A DNA stretch of 64,000 bases from an uncultured Methylocystaceae bacterium (lineage in GTDB: Bacteria > Pseudomonadota > Alphaproteobacteria > Rhizobiales > Beijerinckiaceae), in contig CALMZV010000176.1 of NCBI GenBank assembly GCA_937870755.1, forward strand, positions 818 to 64,817, in the 5' to 3' direction. Below are positions 40,010 through 48,208 of the stretch, piece after piece. The position numbers and the translations under genes are program-made. The stretch's first letter is position 1. The number at the start of each line of letters is the position of its first letter. The notes below the pieces were generated by a model. That model searched no databases. It had not been told where the DNA came from and was given only the letters and a program-made list of their open reading frames with translations.

Positions 40010-40247
40010 ATGCGCGGTGCGCGCAGGCGCTTGATTCGCGGGCTTTTGTCGCGTCGTGCAGGCCGCAAACCTTGCAATTGCGGCCGTTTGAGCACATCAA
40101 TCGTCGGCGCCGGGCGAAGATTCGCCGGCGCGGAATCAGCGCGGAACGGGTTGCCCCCGACCGGGCGGCGGATCGGACGATGTTCGATCCGGACGGTGTT
40201 GTCGTGCGGGCGAAGAGATGCGGCCCGGAGTTTTCAGGAGCGAAGCC

Positions 40248-40529
40248 ATGAACAAGATGGAACTTGTCGAACACGTTGCGGAGGAGATGAATACGTCGAA
40301 GGCGGACGCGGCCCGCGCGATCGATTCCGTCCTCGAGGGAATCACCAAGGCGGTCAAGAAGGGCGACGAGGTTCGTCTCGTGGGTTTCGGCACGTTCTCG
40401 GTCAAGAAGCGCGCGGCCGGCAAGGGCCGCAATCCGGCGACCGGCGAGGAGATCAAAATCCCGGCGTCCAAGAGCGTGCGCTTCAAACAGGGCGCCGCCC
40501 TCAAGGCCGCGGTCAACAAGGGCAAGTGA
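40248..40529 (+). CDS. hupB: DNA-binding protein HU-beta
   Basis: ORF 40218..40529. ATG at 40248 follows a CAGGAG RBS. MNKMELVEHVAEEM...VRLVGFGTFSVKKRAAGKGRNPATGEEIKIPASK is canonical HU. Confidence 0.95.
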   Translation: MNKMELVEHVAEEMNTSKADAARAIDSVLEGITKAVKKGDEVRLVGFGTFSVKKRAAGKGRNPATGEEIKIPASKSVRFKQGAALKAAVNKGK

Positions 40530-40540
40530 TCGGCCTCGCT

Positions 40541-40606
40541 TGGCTTGTATCGACGGGAGGCTCCGCCTCCCCTGGCTTGTATCGACGGGAGGCTTAGGCC
40601 TCCCGT
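40541..40606 (+). repeat. 2 x 32-bp tandem duplication, each unit carrying a GGGAGGC/GCCTCCC hairpin (doubled hupB terminator)
   Basis: TGGCTTGTATCGACGGGAGGC occurs at 40541 and again at 40573. The second hairpin (40587-40604) is followed by GTTTCGCTTTCC. Confidence 0.85.
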
Positions 40607-40704
40607 TTCGCTTTCCGGCCCGGCGGCGGACCAGGGCATGATGGACCGGATTGCTTTACCGCCCGCCGATTGCGTATGAGATGGGCCTCGCCGCGAGGCG
40701 CTGA

Positions 40705-40780
40705 GGGCGGTTAGCTCAGTTGGTAGAGCATCTCGTTTACACCGAGAGGGTCGGCGGTTCGAGCCCGTCACCGCCCACCA
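40705..40780 (+). tRNA. tRNA-Val (anticodon TAC)
   Basis: 76-nt GGGCGGTTAGCTCAGTTGGTAGAGCATCTCGTTTACACCGAGAGGGTCGGCGGTTCGAGCCCGTCACCGCCCACCA. Perfect acceptor stem and canonical D and T loops. Confidence 0.95.
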
Positions 40781-40793
40781 GACGGGCCGCCGG

Positions 40794-40955
40794 TCAGGTC
40801 AGGTTCTGCGCCACCGAATCGAATTTCGACGAAACGTTCGCGCGGATCGACAGCAGCGCGGAGATGATCAGGACCGAGATCAGCGAACCGATCACGCTGT
40901 ATTCGATCGAGACCGCGGCGCTTTCGTCCCTGAGAAATCTGTGAAATCGGACCAT
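40794..40955 (-). CDS. Flp-family type IVb pilin (orphan)
   Basis: Internal ATG at 40955 in ORF 40794..41195. The 53-aa MVRFHRFLRDESAAVSIEYSVIGSLISVLIISALLSI... has the Flp xxxIEY plus hydrophobic-helix signature. The stop codon lies 13 nt from the tRNA-Val 3' end. Confidence 0.7.
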   Translation of the reverse strand: MVRFHRFLRDESAAVSIEYSVIGSLISVLIISALLSIRANVSSKFDSVAQNLT

Positions 40956-41085
40956 CGCGGGGTTCCCGTCCAAGGCGCTGGAAGCGCTGCGCGACCATCG
41001 CGCGCGGCCATTAGAAGCCAAGCTTTGATCGATTTCGTTAACGCAGCGGCAATCAGCGGTCGCTCGCGCCGGCTTCTCGCGCGAC

Positions 41086-41298
41086 TCAGGCCGCCTCGCG
41101 CTGCGAAGGCGGCGCCGGTTGCAGGGAGTCGAGCAGCCGGCGAATGAGATGCAGCACATAGAGCCCCTCCGGGTCGAGCGGCGGCTCGGCTTCATCCCCC
41201 CGGCCGGACGGAGGTCGCGTCGCGAGTTCCCCCAGGGCGAACTGCACTTCGATCAACGCGCGTTGCAAATGGGCCGCCACGAGACTGGACGTCGACAC
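41086..41298 (-). CDS. hypothetical small protein (70 aa)
   Basis: ORF with GC3-rich, coding-like codon usage between the TPR gene and the Flp gene on the same strand. I recognise no family. Confidence 0.3.
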   Translation of the reverse strand: MSTSSLVAAHLQRALIEVQFALGELATRPPSGRGDEAEPPLDPEGLYVLHLIRRLLDSLQPAPPSQREAA

Positions 41299-41448
41299 TG
41301 CGCTCTCCTGGAAGTCCGCCCGGAATCGGCGGCGATGGACATGTCGCAGCTTTGACGGCGAAATAGCGAAACCGCACGTTTGCGCCGGTTAAAGGGGTGT
41401 TACATGCCCCGTGTAACACGACTTTGGAATCATGTTTGAGACTGGCCT

Positions 41449-43086
41449 TCATCGCCCGGCGCCCGGTCTCGGCGGCGCCGCTTCTTGGAGCAGGCGGGTC
41501 TTGATCTCGTCGGTGAAAGCATAGCGGTCGAACATCTCGGTCAGGTTGCCGGCCACGCCCGGATAGAGGCTGTGCAAATCCTCACGCGCCTTGCGCGCGC
41601 CTTCGAAATCCCGGACGCGCGAGAGGGCCGCGGCGCGCATGACGAGACCCAGCGCCGAGGCGTCGAAACTGCTGCGTCGCACCATGCTGGCCACCCGCGC
41701 GTCGTCGTTCAGCATGAACCCGGCCAGCGCCATGAAGGCGAGGAACGCGTTGGGCGCGCTCGAGCTGAGCCGTTCGAGCGGCGTGAGCAGGGCGACGCCG
41801 CGCGCGTAGTCGCCGCGCGAGATGTAGGCCGAAGCGATCGCCGCCGTCATCGTCTGGTTGTTGGGATTGATGGCCATCGTGCGGCGCGCCGCGACGAAGG
41901 CGTCGACAAATCTCTTGTCGTAGAAGCGGCTGAGGAACAGCGCGAAATGCGAACGCGCCTCCTGCGGTTCGCTGTCGTGCGCGCGTCGCGCCAGTTGCGA
42001 GGCGCGCCGGAGGTCGCCGTCCGAGCCGTCGCTCGCCATGTCGAGATAGCGGCGCACCAGGATGACGGAAAGCAGCGCGAGCTCGAGCGCATTGTCCGGT
42101 TCGGCGGCGATGTCGGCCTCCAGACACTCCGTCGCCGCCCTGCGCTTGTCGACGGTTCGCGCCTTCAGGTAATCGAACGCGGCGAGCACGCACAGGTGGC
42201 CGCGCGGCGGTCCCTGGAACCCGGCCGCGCGCTTGCGGAAATCGGTCGCCACCGCCCCGTAGTCGTCCCCCACCTGCGCGACTACGACGCGCGCGATGTC
42301 TTCGAGCGCCCGGGAATCGGCGATGTCGACTTGGGTGAAATGCTGCGTGAAGACGATCTCGCCGCCGCGATGGGCGAGCTGGAAAATGAAATCGCCGCGC
42401 CCGGGTCCTGCTGCGTGCGACTGCACGGTGAGCGCGTAGCCGACGCTCCGGACCGGCGGATCCTGCCCGTTCGGCTGCCGCAGCGTCAGAGTATCGAACG
42501 CCTCCAGCCCGGTCTCGATCGAGCGCACGAAGTAATCGCCGGCGCTCGACAAGGCCGGCGCCGCATTCGCCTCGATGGCGACCGTGATGAACGGGCGCAG
42601 GCGCGGATCGATCGGCCGCTCGGTCGCCAGTATCGCCATTCCGAGCGCGGCGATCACACCGATGAGTCCGACGATGAGAATCGCGATCCGCATGACGGCG
42701 TTCGCGCCCGCATCGTGCTGCGGCCGGGTCCTTTCGACCGTGGGCGACGCCTGCCGTTCGAACGTCGGCTGGTAGGAGCCCGGAGCGAGCCGAATGCGCA
42801 CCGGGTCTGCCACGCCCGGTCCTGCATAGTAGGCTTGCAGCGCGCCACGCAGACGCGTCGCCTGAACACGCACGAGGGAATTCGCCTGCGGGTCGAACTC
42901 CGGGCGCTGGTCGAGCGCGAGCGTGGCTATGGAATAGGCTTTCAGCCGCGCGCCACGTCCTTCGAGCGTTTCCGAAACGATGAAGCCGAGGAATTGCGCG
43001 GTCTTTCTATTCTTCCGAAAGTCCGGACTGAGCACGACGCGGGCGAGCGCGTCCTCCACCTCCTCGCGCGAACACTCCGTCATCAT
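41449..43086 (-). CDS. single-pass membrane protein: cytoplasmic N-terminal domain + TM + periplasmic domain with TPR-like repeats
   Basis: ORF 41449..43119 (GTG). ATGs at 43086 and 43083 follow a GGAG. The N-terminal domain (LSPDFRKNRKTAQFLGFIVSETLEGRGARLKAYSIA...VRVQATRLRGALQAYY) resembles one I recall in TPR and cyclase-associated sensor-like proteins. TM is VMRIAILIVGLIGVIAALGMAILA. The C-terminal helical repeats are TPR-like. Start is uncertain. Confidence 0.6.
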   Translation of the reverse strand: MMTECSREEVEDALARVVLSPDFRKNRKTAQFLGFIVSETLEGRGARLKAYSIATLALDQRPEFDPQANSLVRVQATRLRGALQAYYAGPGVADPVRIRLAPGSYQPTFERQASPTVERTRPQHDAGANAVMRIAILIVGLIGVIAALGMAILATERPIDPRLRPFITVAIEANAAPALSSAGDYFVRSIETGLEAFDTLTLRQPNGQDPPVRSVGYALTVQSHAAGPGRGDFIFQLAHRGGEIVFTQHFTQVDIADSRALEDIARVVVAQVGDDYGAVATDFRKRAAGFQGPPRGHLCVLAAFDYLKARTVDKRRAATECLEADIAAEPDNALELALLSVILVRRYLDMASDGSDGDLRRASQLARRAHDSEPQEARSHFALFLSRFYDKRFVDAFVAARRTMAINPNNQTMTAAIASAYISRGDYARGVALLTPLERLSSSAPNAFLAFMALAGFMLNDDARVASMVRRSSFDASALGLVMRAAALSRVRDFEGARKAREDLHSLYPGVAGNLTEMFDRYAFTDEIKTRLLQEAAPPRPGAGR

Positions 43087-43317
43087 TTCTCCGCATGCAT
43101 TCGGCGAAATGTCCTCCACCCGAACGGGTCGACGAACGTGATCATGTTAACGGTCGACCGGTCGCCGATGCTTACCTTTGGTCAATTTTGTGTGATCTTT
43201 CGGGCAGCGACAATTGAGATTGCGTAATGTCGGACCTGTCGCGCTTGCAGGTCTCGGCTTGCGCAATGTCGACACAGGCGCGCGGCGGCGGTTCCTGCGC
43301 GCCGCGATCGCTGGACG

Positions 43318-43989
43318 ATGGGGGAGAGCGCGATGGCGCCAAGGCTTGTATGTGGGTTTCTGCTCGCTGCGGGGCTGGCCGCGGCGCCGGCGTCCGCCGC
43401 GCCGGACATGACCTTCCGCATGGCCCCGGTCGGCGATCCGGCCAAGTGCGGCGCGCGCTGTCCGAAGGCCATCGTGGCGGAAGGCGAGATTGTCGAATCG
43501 ACGCCCGCGACGTTCGTGGATTTCGTGCGCCGCAATGCGCGCGACCCGTCGCTGCGCTCGGTCATCTTCATCCACTCGCCGGGCGGCAAGGTCATCGCGT
43601 CCATGGCGCTCGGGCGCGCGTTTCGCGCTGTCGGGGCGGCGGCCATCGTGGCGCGCGTGTCCGGCGACGGCGGGGTGGTCGCCGGCACGTGTTTCTCGGC
43701 CTGCGTCTATGCGCTCATGGGCGCGGTCAAGCGCGTCGCGCCCACCGGCAGCAAGCTTGGCGTCCATCGCATGTATACTTTCGAGCAAGGACCGGACCCG
43801 ACCGGCTCGGGCGCGCAGCGTCGCCGCTTCGACCATGGCGGTATGCGCGACATGCTGGCGAAATATTCGGCGCGCATGGGCGTTTCGGGCGATCTCGTCG
43901 AGTTCGCCGAGCGCACGCCCTCGGATTCGATTCTCATGCTCAGTCCGCGCGACATCGCGCGCTGGCGGCTCGCCACGCCGAATTTCTGA
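43318..43989 (+). CDS. secreted hypothetical protein with ClpP/NfeD-like (crotonase-fold) segment (COG3904-like)
   Basis: 223-aa ORF with signal peptide ...LLAAGLAAAPASAAPD. The segment SVIFIHSPGGKVIASMALGRAF...GTCFSACVYALMGA resembles the ClpP/SppA/NfeD core. Confidence 0.55.
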   Translation: MGESAMAPRLVCGFLLAAGLAAAPASAAPDMTFRMAPVGDPAKCGARCPKAIVAEGEIVESTPATFVDFVRRNARDPSLRSVIFIHSPGGKVIASMALGRAFRAVGAAAIVARVSGDGGVVAGTCFSACVYALMGAVKRVAPTGSKLGVHRMYTFEQGPDPTGSGAQRRRFDHGGMRDMLAKYSARMGVSGDLVEFAERTPSDSILMLSPRDIARWRLATPNF

Positions 43990-44005
43990 AACGCCGTCGC
44001 GCCGC

Positions 44006-44034
44006 TTGACTTGACGGCTTCGTCGGCCTATCTC
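44006..44034 (+). promoter_or_regulatory. candidate sigma-70 promoter of tRNA-Asp
   Basis: TTGACT-N17-TATCTC, with the -10 element ending 23 nt before the mature tRNA 5' end. Confidence 0.45.
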
Positions 44035-44057
44035 GCGGGTCGCCTGCAGGCGACTGC

Positions 44058-44134
<77 letters not shown>

Positions 44135-44550
44135 TTCCGATCCACGCGAAATCCAGACCTCCGGCTTCAAACGCCGCGACCGTCTTGAATGCTTCCCGGC
44201 GACCGCAAGCGCGACCGCCGGCGGCGTTGACCGAAAACGGCGATTCGCCGGGACGTCGCGCGGCCGGGGCGCGCCGTCCGTCACGGCCGCCATGCGGCCT
44301 TGCAGATCGCCGTTTGGTCATCCAGAGCTGGTCTTTGCGGGCTATCGGCGGCCGGCCGACCGACATTGGTCAAGCGCGCGCTTCGCGCGTTTCGCGGACC
44401 TTGCGGCCGAATGTGCGCAAGCCCATTCCGGCGCCATCTTTCGGCCATTAGTCCTTGCGCGGTCGATTGCGCTGCGATACGGATCGCGCGGCCGTCGCAC
44501 GCGGGGCATCCTTCCCCGTCGACCGCGGCGGGACCAGCCCCGGATTGGTC

Positions 44551-44916
44551 ATGCCAGGTCTTTTGGAACAATATCTTCCGGTCGTGATATTCGCGGCGCT
44601 GTCGGCCGTGATCGCCGGCGCGCTGCTCGTCGCGCCCTTCCTCCTCGCCTACAAGTCGCCCGACCCCGAGAAACTGTCGGCCTACGAATGCGGATTCAAC
44701 GCGTTCGACGACGCGCGCATGAAATTCGACGTACGCTTCTATCTGGTGTCGCTGCTGTTCATTATCTTCGACCTGGAGGTCGCCTTCCTGTTCCCGTGGG
44801 CGGTTGCGTTCAACGATGTCGGAACGTTCGGCTTCTGGTCGATGATGGTGTTTCTCGCCGTGCTGACGATCGGCTTCGTTTACGAATGGAAGAAGGGGGC
44901 GCTGGAATGGGATTGA
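44551..44916 (+). CDS. nuoA: NADH-quinone oxidoreductase subunit A
   Basis: Internal ATG at 44551 in ORF 44455..44916. ...KLSAYECGF...[26 protein letters not shown]... is canonical NuoA. Confidence 0.95.
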   Translation: MPGLLEQYLPVVIFAALSAVIAGALLVAPFLLAYKSPDPEKLSAYECGFNAFDDARMKFDVRFYLVSLLFIIFDLEVAFLFPWAVAFNDVGTFGFWSMMVFLAVLTIGFVYEWKKGALEWD

Positions 44917-45485
44917 GCGACCGTTCACCCGCCGTCGCGCCCGCGCCCAAGGGCGTGCTCGACCCCGCCACCGGTCGTCCGGTCGGCGCGAACGATCCCT
45001 ATTTTCTGTCGATCAACGACCAGCTCGCCGACAAGGGATTTCTCGTCACCTCGACCGACGAGCTGATCGCCTGGGCGCGCACCGGATCGCTGATGTGGAT
45101 GACCTTCGGTCTGGCCTGCTGCGCGGTGGAGATGATTCACGCCGCCATGCCGCGCTACGATCTGGAGCGGTTCGGCTTCGCTCCGCGCGCCTCGCCCCGC
45201 CAGTCGGACGTGATGATCGTGGCCGGCACGCTCACCAACAAGATGGCGCCGGCCATGCGCAAGGTCTACGACCAGATGCCCGAGCCGCGCTACGTCATCT
45301 CGATGGGCTCGTGCGCCAACGGCGGCGGCTACTACCACTATTCGTATTCGGTGGTGCGCGGCTGCGACCGCGTGGTGCCGGTGGACGTCTATGTTCCGGG
45401 CTGCCCGCCCTCGGCCGAGGCGCTGCTCTACGGCGTGCTCCTGTTGCAGCGGAAGATTCGCCGCACCGGAACGATCGAACGCTAA
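44907..45485 (+). CDS. nuoB: NADH-quinone oxidoreductase subunit B
   Basis: In-frame ATG at 44907 in artefactual ORF 44073..45485. [24 protein letters not shown] and PGCPP Fe-S motifs. Confidence 0.96.
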   Translation: MGLSDRSPAVAPAPKGVLDPATGRPVGANDPYFLSINDQLADKGFLVTSTDELIAWARTGSLMWMTFGLACCAVEMIHAAMPRYDLERFGFAPRASPRQSDVMIVAGTLTNKMAPAMRKVYDQMPEPRYVISMGSCANGGGYYHYSYSVVRGCDRVVPVDVYVPGCPPSAEALLYGVLLLQRKIRRTGTIER

Positions 45486-45527
45486 TTGCGAGCCTGCGCG
45501 CGCGGCGCGCGGCTTTGGGGAGTTGGT

Positions 45528-46136
45528 ATGGACGCTGACCTCAAATCCCACGGCGAGGCGATCGCGGCGGCTCTGCCGGGCGCGGTGAAAAGCGCGACGG
45601 TCGCCTACGACGACCTGACGCTGGTGGTGGAAGCGGCCCGTTGGCTCGACGTGCTGACCCATCTGCGCGATGCGGCCGACTGTCTCTACGTCTGCTTCAT
45701 CGACATCACGGCGGTCGACTGGCCCGAGCGCCCGCAGCGGTTCGACGTCGTCGCCCATCTGCTGTCGCCCAGGCACAACCGGCGCATTCGCGTGAAGGCG
45801 GCGATCGACGAGGACCAGACCATCGCGTCCGCTGTGGGCGTCTGGCCCGGCGCCGACTGGTACGAGCGCGAGACCTACGATCTGTTCGGCATCGTGTTCT
45901 CCGGCCATCCGGACCTGCGCCGCATTCTCACCGACTACGGGTTCGACGGCCATCCGCTGCGCAAGGATTTTCCCACCACCGGCTATGTCGAGGTTCGCTA
46001 CGACGACGAGTTGAAACGCGTCGTCTACGAGCCGGTCAAACTCAATCAGGAATACCGCCAGTTCGACTTCCTCTCGCCGTGGGAAGGGCCCGACTATGCG
46101 CTGCCCGGCGACGAAAAAGCGAAAGGGCAGGGGTAA
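45528..46136 (+). CDS. nuoC: NADH-quinone oxidoreductase subunit C
   Basis: ATG at 45528 in ORF 45486..46136. ...[19 protein letters not shown]...[31 protein letters not shown]... is typical NuoC. Confidence 0.95.
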   Translation: MDADLKSHGEAIAAALPGAVKSATVAYDDLTLVVEAARWLDVLTHLRDAADCLYVCFIDITAVDWPERPQRFDVVAHLLSPRHNRRIRVKAAIDEDQTIASAVGVWPGADWYERETYDLFGIVFSGHPDLRRILTDYGFDGHPLRKDFPTTGYVEVRYDDELKRVVYEPVKLNQEYRQFDFLSPWEGPDYALPGDEKAKGQG

Positions 46137-46139
46137 GCC

Positions 46140-47357
46140 ATGGACAACGCCCTCAAACCCCTGAACGCCGACGAACAGGGCCTGCGCAATTTCTCGATCA
46201 ATTTCGGGCCGCAGCACCCCTCCGCGCACGGCGTGCTGCGCCTGGTGCTCGAACTCGACGGCGAAGTCGTCGAGCGCGTCGATCCGCATATCGGCCTGCT
46301 GCATCGCGGCACCGAAAAGCTGATGGAATCGCGGACCTACCTGCAGAACGTGCCCTATTTCGACCGGCTCGATTATTGCGCGCCGATGAATCAGGAGCAC
46401 GCCTACTGCCTCGCGGTGGAAAAGCTGCTGTCGCTGGAAGTGCCGCGCCGCGGCCAGCTCATTCGCGTGCTCTTTTGCGAGATCGGCCGCCTGCTCTCGC
46501 ATCTGCTCAACGTCACCTCGCAGGCGCTCGACGTCGGCGCGCTCACCCCGCCGCTGTGGGGCTACGAGGAGCGCGAGAAGCTGATGGTGTTTTACGAGCG
46601 TGCGTGCGGCGCGCGCATGCACTCCAACTATTTCCGCTTCGGCGGCGTCGCGCGCGACCTACCGGACGCGCTGGTGGAGGACATCGGCAAGTTCATCGAC
46701 CCGTTCCTGAAAGTGGTCGACGATCTGGAAAACCTGTTCATCGGCAACCGCATCTTCAAGCAGCGCAACGTCGACATCGGCGTGGTGACGGCGGAAGAGG
46801 CATGGAAATGGGGCTTCTCGGGCGTGATGGTGCGCGGCTCCGGCGTGCCGTGGGACCTGCGCAAGGCGCGACCCTACGAATGCTACGAGGAGATGGATTT
46901 CGACATTCCCGTCGGCAAGCACGGCGACTGCTACGACCGGGCGGTCGTGCGCATGGAGGAAATGCGCCAGTCCGCGAAGATCATGCGCCAGTGCGTCGAC
47001 AAACTGATGCGCGCGGACGGGCGCGGCCCGGTGGCCACGCCCAACCACAAGGTGGTTCAGCCGCGCCGCGATGAGATGAAGCGTTCGATGGAAGCGCTCA
47101 TCCATCACTTCAAACTGTTCACCGAAGGGTTCAAGACGCCGCCGGGCGAAGTCTATGCGGCGGTCGAGGCGCCGAAGGGCGAGTTCGGCGTCTACCTGGT
47201 GTCGGACGGCGGCGACAAACCGTATCGCTGCAAGATCCGCGCGCCGGGCTTCGCGCATCTCCAGGGCACGGACCTGCTCGGCCGCAAGCACCTCCTGGCC
47301 GACATCTGCGCCATCGTCGGGTCGCTCGACATCGTGTTCGGAGACGTCGATCGATGA
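46140..47357 (+). CDS. nuoD: NADH-quinone oxidoreductase subunit D
   Basis: 405-aa [17 protein letters not shown]...[12 protein letters not shown]...[11 protein letters not shown]. Confidence 0.97.
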   Translation: MDNALKPLNADEQGLRNFSINFGPQHPSAHGVLRLVLELDGEVVERVDPHIGLLHRGTEKLMESRTYLQNVPYFDRLDYCAPMNQEHAYCLAVEKLLSLEVPRRGQLIRVLFCEIGRLLSHLLNVTSQALDVGALTPPLWGYEEREKLMVFYERACGARMHSNYFRFGGVARDLPDALVEDIGKFIDPFLKVVDDLENLFIGNRIFKQRNVDIGVVTAEEAWKWGFSGVMVRGSGVPWDLRKARPYECYEEMDFDIPVGKHGDCYDRAVVRMEEMRQSAKIMRQCVDKLMRADGRGPVATPNHKVVQPRRDEMKRSMEALIHHFKLFTEGFKTPPGEVYAAVEAPKGEFGVYLVSDGGDKPYRCKIRAPGFAHLQGTDLLGRKHLLADICAIVGSLDIVFGDVDR

Positions 47358-47566
47358 CCGTCATGGACTCCCTCAGAAAGCGCGCGCGCTTTTTGGGCGC
47401 GGGTTTCGTGTCGTTTGTTCTGGCGCTCGCCGTCTATCGCTGGGCCGGCGGGCTGCCGATGTTTCAACCGCAATCCGATCTCGGCGTGCCGATCGGCTTT
47501 GCGCTCGTCGCGGCGTTCCTCGTCATGAGCGACACGCGGCAAACGAACGGGAAGAATCCATCATGA
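47354..47566 (+). CDS. small hypothetical membrane protein inside the nuo operon (70 aa, 2 hydrophobic segments)
   Basis: The ORF fills the nuoD-nuoE gap exactly. Its ATG overlaps the nuoD stop (ATGA) and its stop overlaps the nuoE ATG (ATGA). Codon usage is acceptable. Confidence 0.5.
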   Translation: MTVMDSLRKRARFLGAGFVSFVLALAVYRWAGGLPMFQPQSDLGVPIGFALVAAFLVMSDTRQTNGKNPS

Positions 47567-48204
47567 GCGTTCGCCGTCTCGCCAAGGACCAGCCGGAGAG
47601 TTTCGAGTTCACGCCGCAGAACAAGGCGTGGCTGGAGCGGCAGATCGCCAAATATCCGGACGGCCGGCAGGCGTCCGCCGTCATCCCGGCGCTGTGGCAG
47701 GCGCAGAAGCAGAACGACTACTGGCTGCCCAGGGCGGCGATCGAGAAGGTGGCCGAGGAACTCGGCATGCCGGCCATTCGCGTGATGGAAGTGGCGACCT
47801 TCTACACCATGTTCAATCTGGAGCCGGTCGGCAGATATTTCGTGCAGATGTGCGGCACCACGCCGTGCATGCTGCGCGGCTCCGACGACATCAAGGCGGT
47901 GCTGGAGCGCCGCGTCGGCCCGCAGGGCAAGCGCACCGCCGACGGCATGTTCTCGTGGCTGGAAGTGGAATGTCTCGGCGCCTGCTGCAACGCGCCGATG
48001 GTGCAGATCAACGACGACTATTACGAGGATCTGACGGCCGAGAATTTCGAGAAGCTGCTCGACGATCTCGCCGCCGGCCGCCCCGTGAAGAAGGGCTCGC
48101 AGACCGGCCGCGTGTCCTCCGAGCCGGCGGGCGGCGCGATCACCACGCTCACCGAATTCTACGGCGCCGACGGCACGTCCGGCCCGCTCTCCGGAAAGAA
48201 GTGA
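47563..48204 (+). CDS. nuoE: NADH-quinone oxidoreductase subunit E
   Basis: In-frame ATG at 47563 in ORF 47155..48204. 2Fe-2S motifs [11 protein letters not shown] and [11 protein letters not shown]. Confidence 0.96.
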   Translation: MSVRRLAKDQPESFEFTPQNKAWLERQIAKYPDGRQASAVIPALWQAQKQNDYWLPRAAIEKVAEELGMPAIRVMEVATFYTMFNLEPVGRYFVQMCGTTPCMLRGSDDIKAVLERRVGPQGKRTADGMFSWLEVECLGACCNAPMVQINDDYYEDLTAENFEKLLDDLAAGRPVKKGSQTGRVSSEPAGGAITTLTEFYGADGTSGPLSGKK

Positions 48205-48208
48205 CGCC

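Noticed and set aside
41192-41452. 86-aa minus-strand ORF between the TPR gene and the 70-aa ORF
   Set aside because: It overlaps both the TPR stop and the better-looking 70-aa ORF. Its composition is Gly/Arg/Pro-rich with no RBS, and it spans the 41397-41419 hairpin.
40781-44057. Classifying the tRNA-Val/tRNA-Asp interval as an integrative genomic island or mobile element
   Set aside because: It has no integrase, excisionase or transposase. I could not find a direct repeat of the tRNA-Val 3' end anywhere in the interval. It is therefore reported only as an accessory-looking insert, not as a mobile element.
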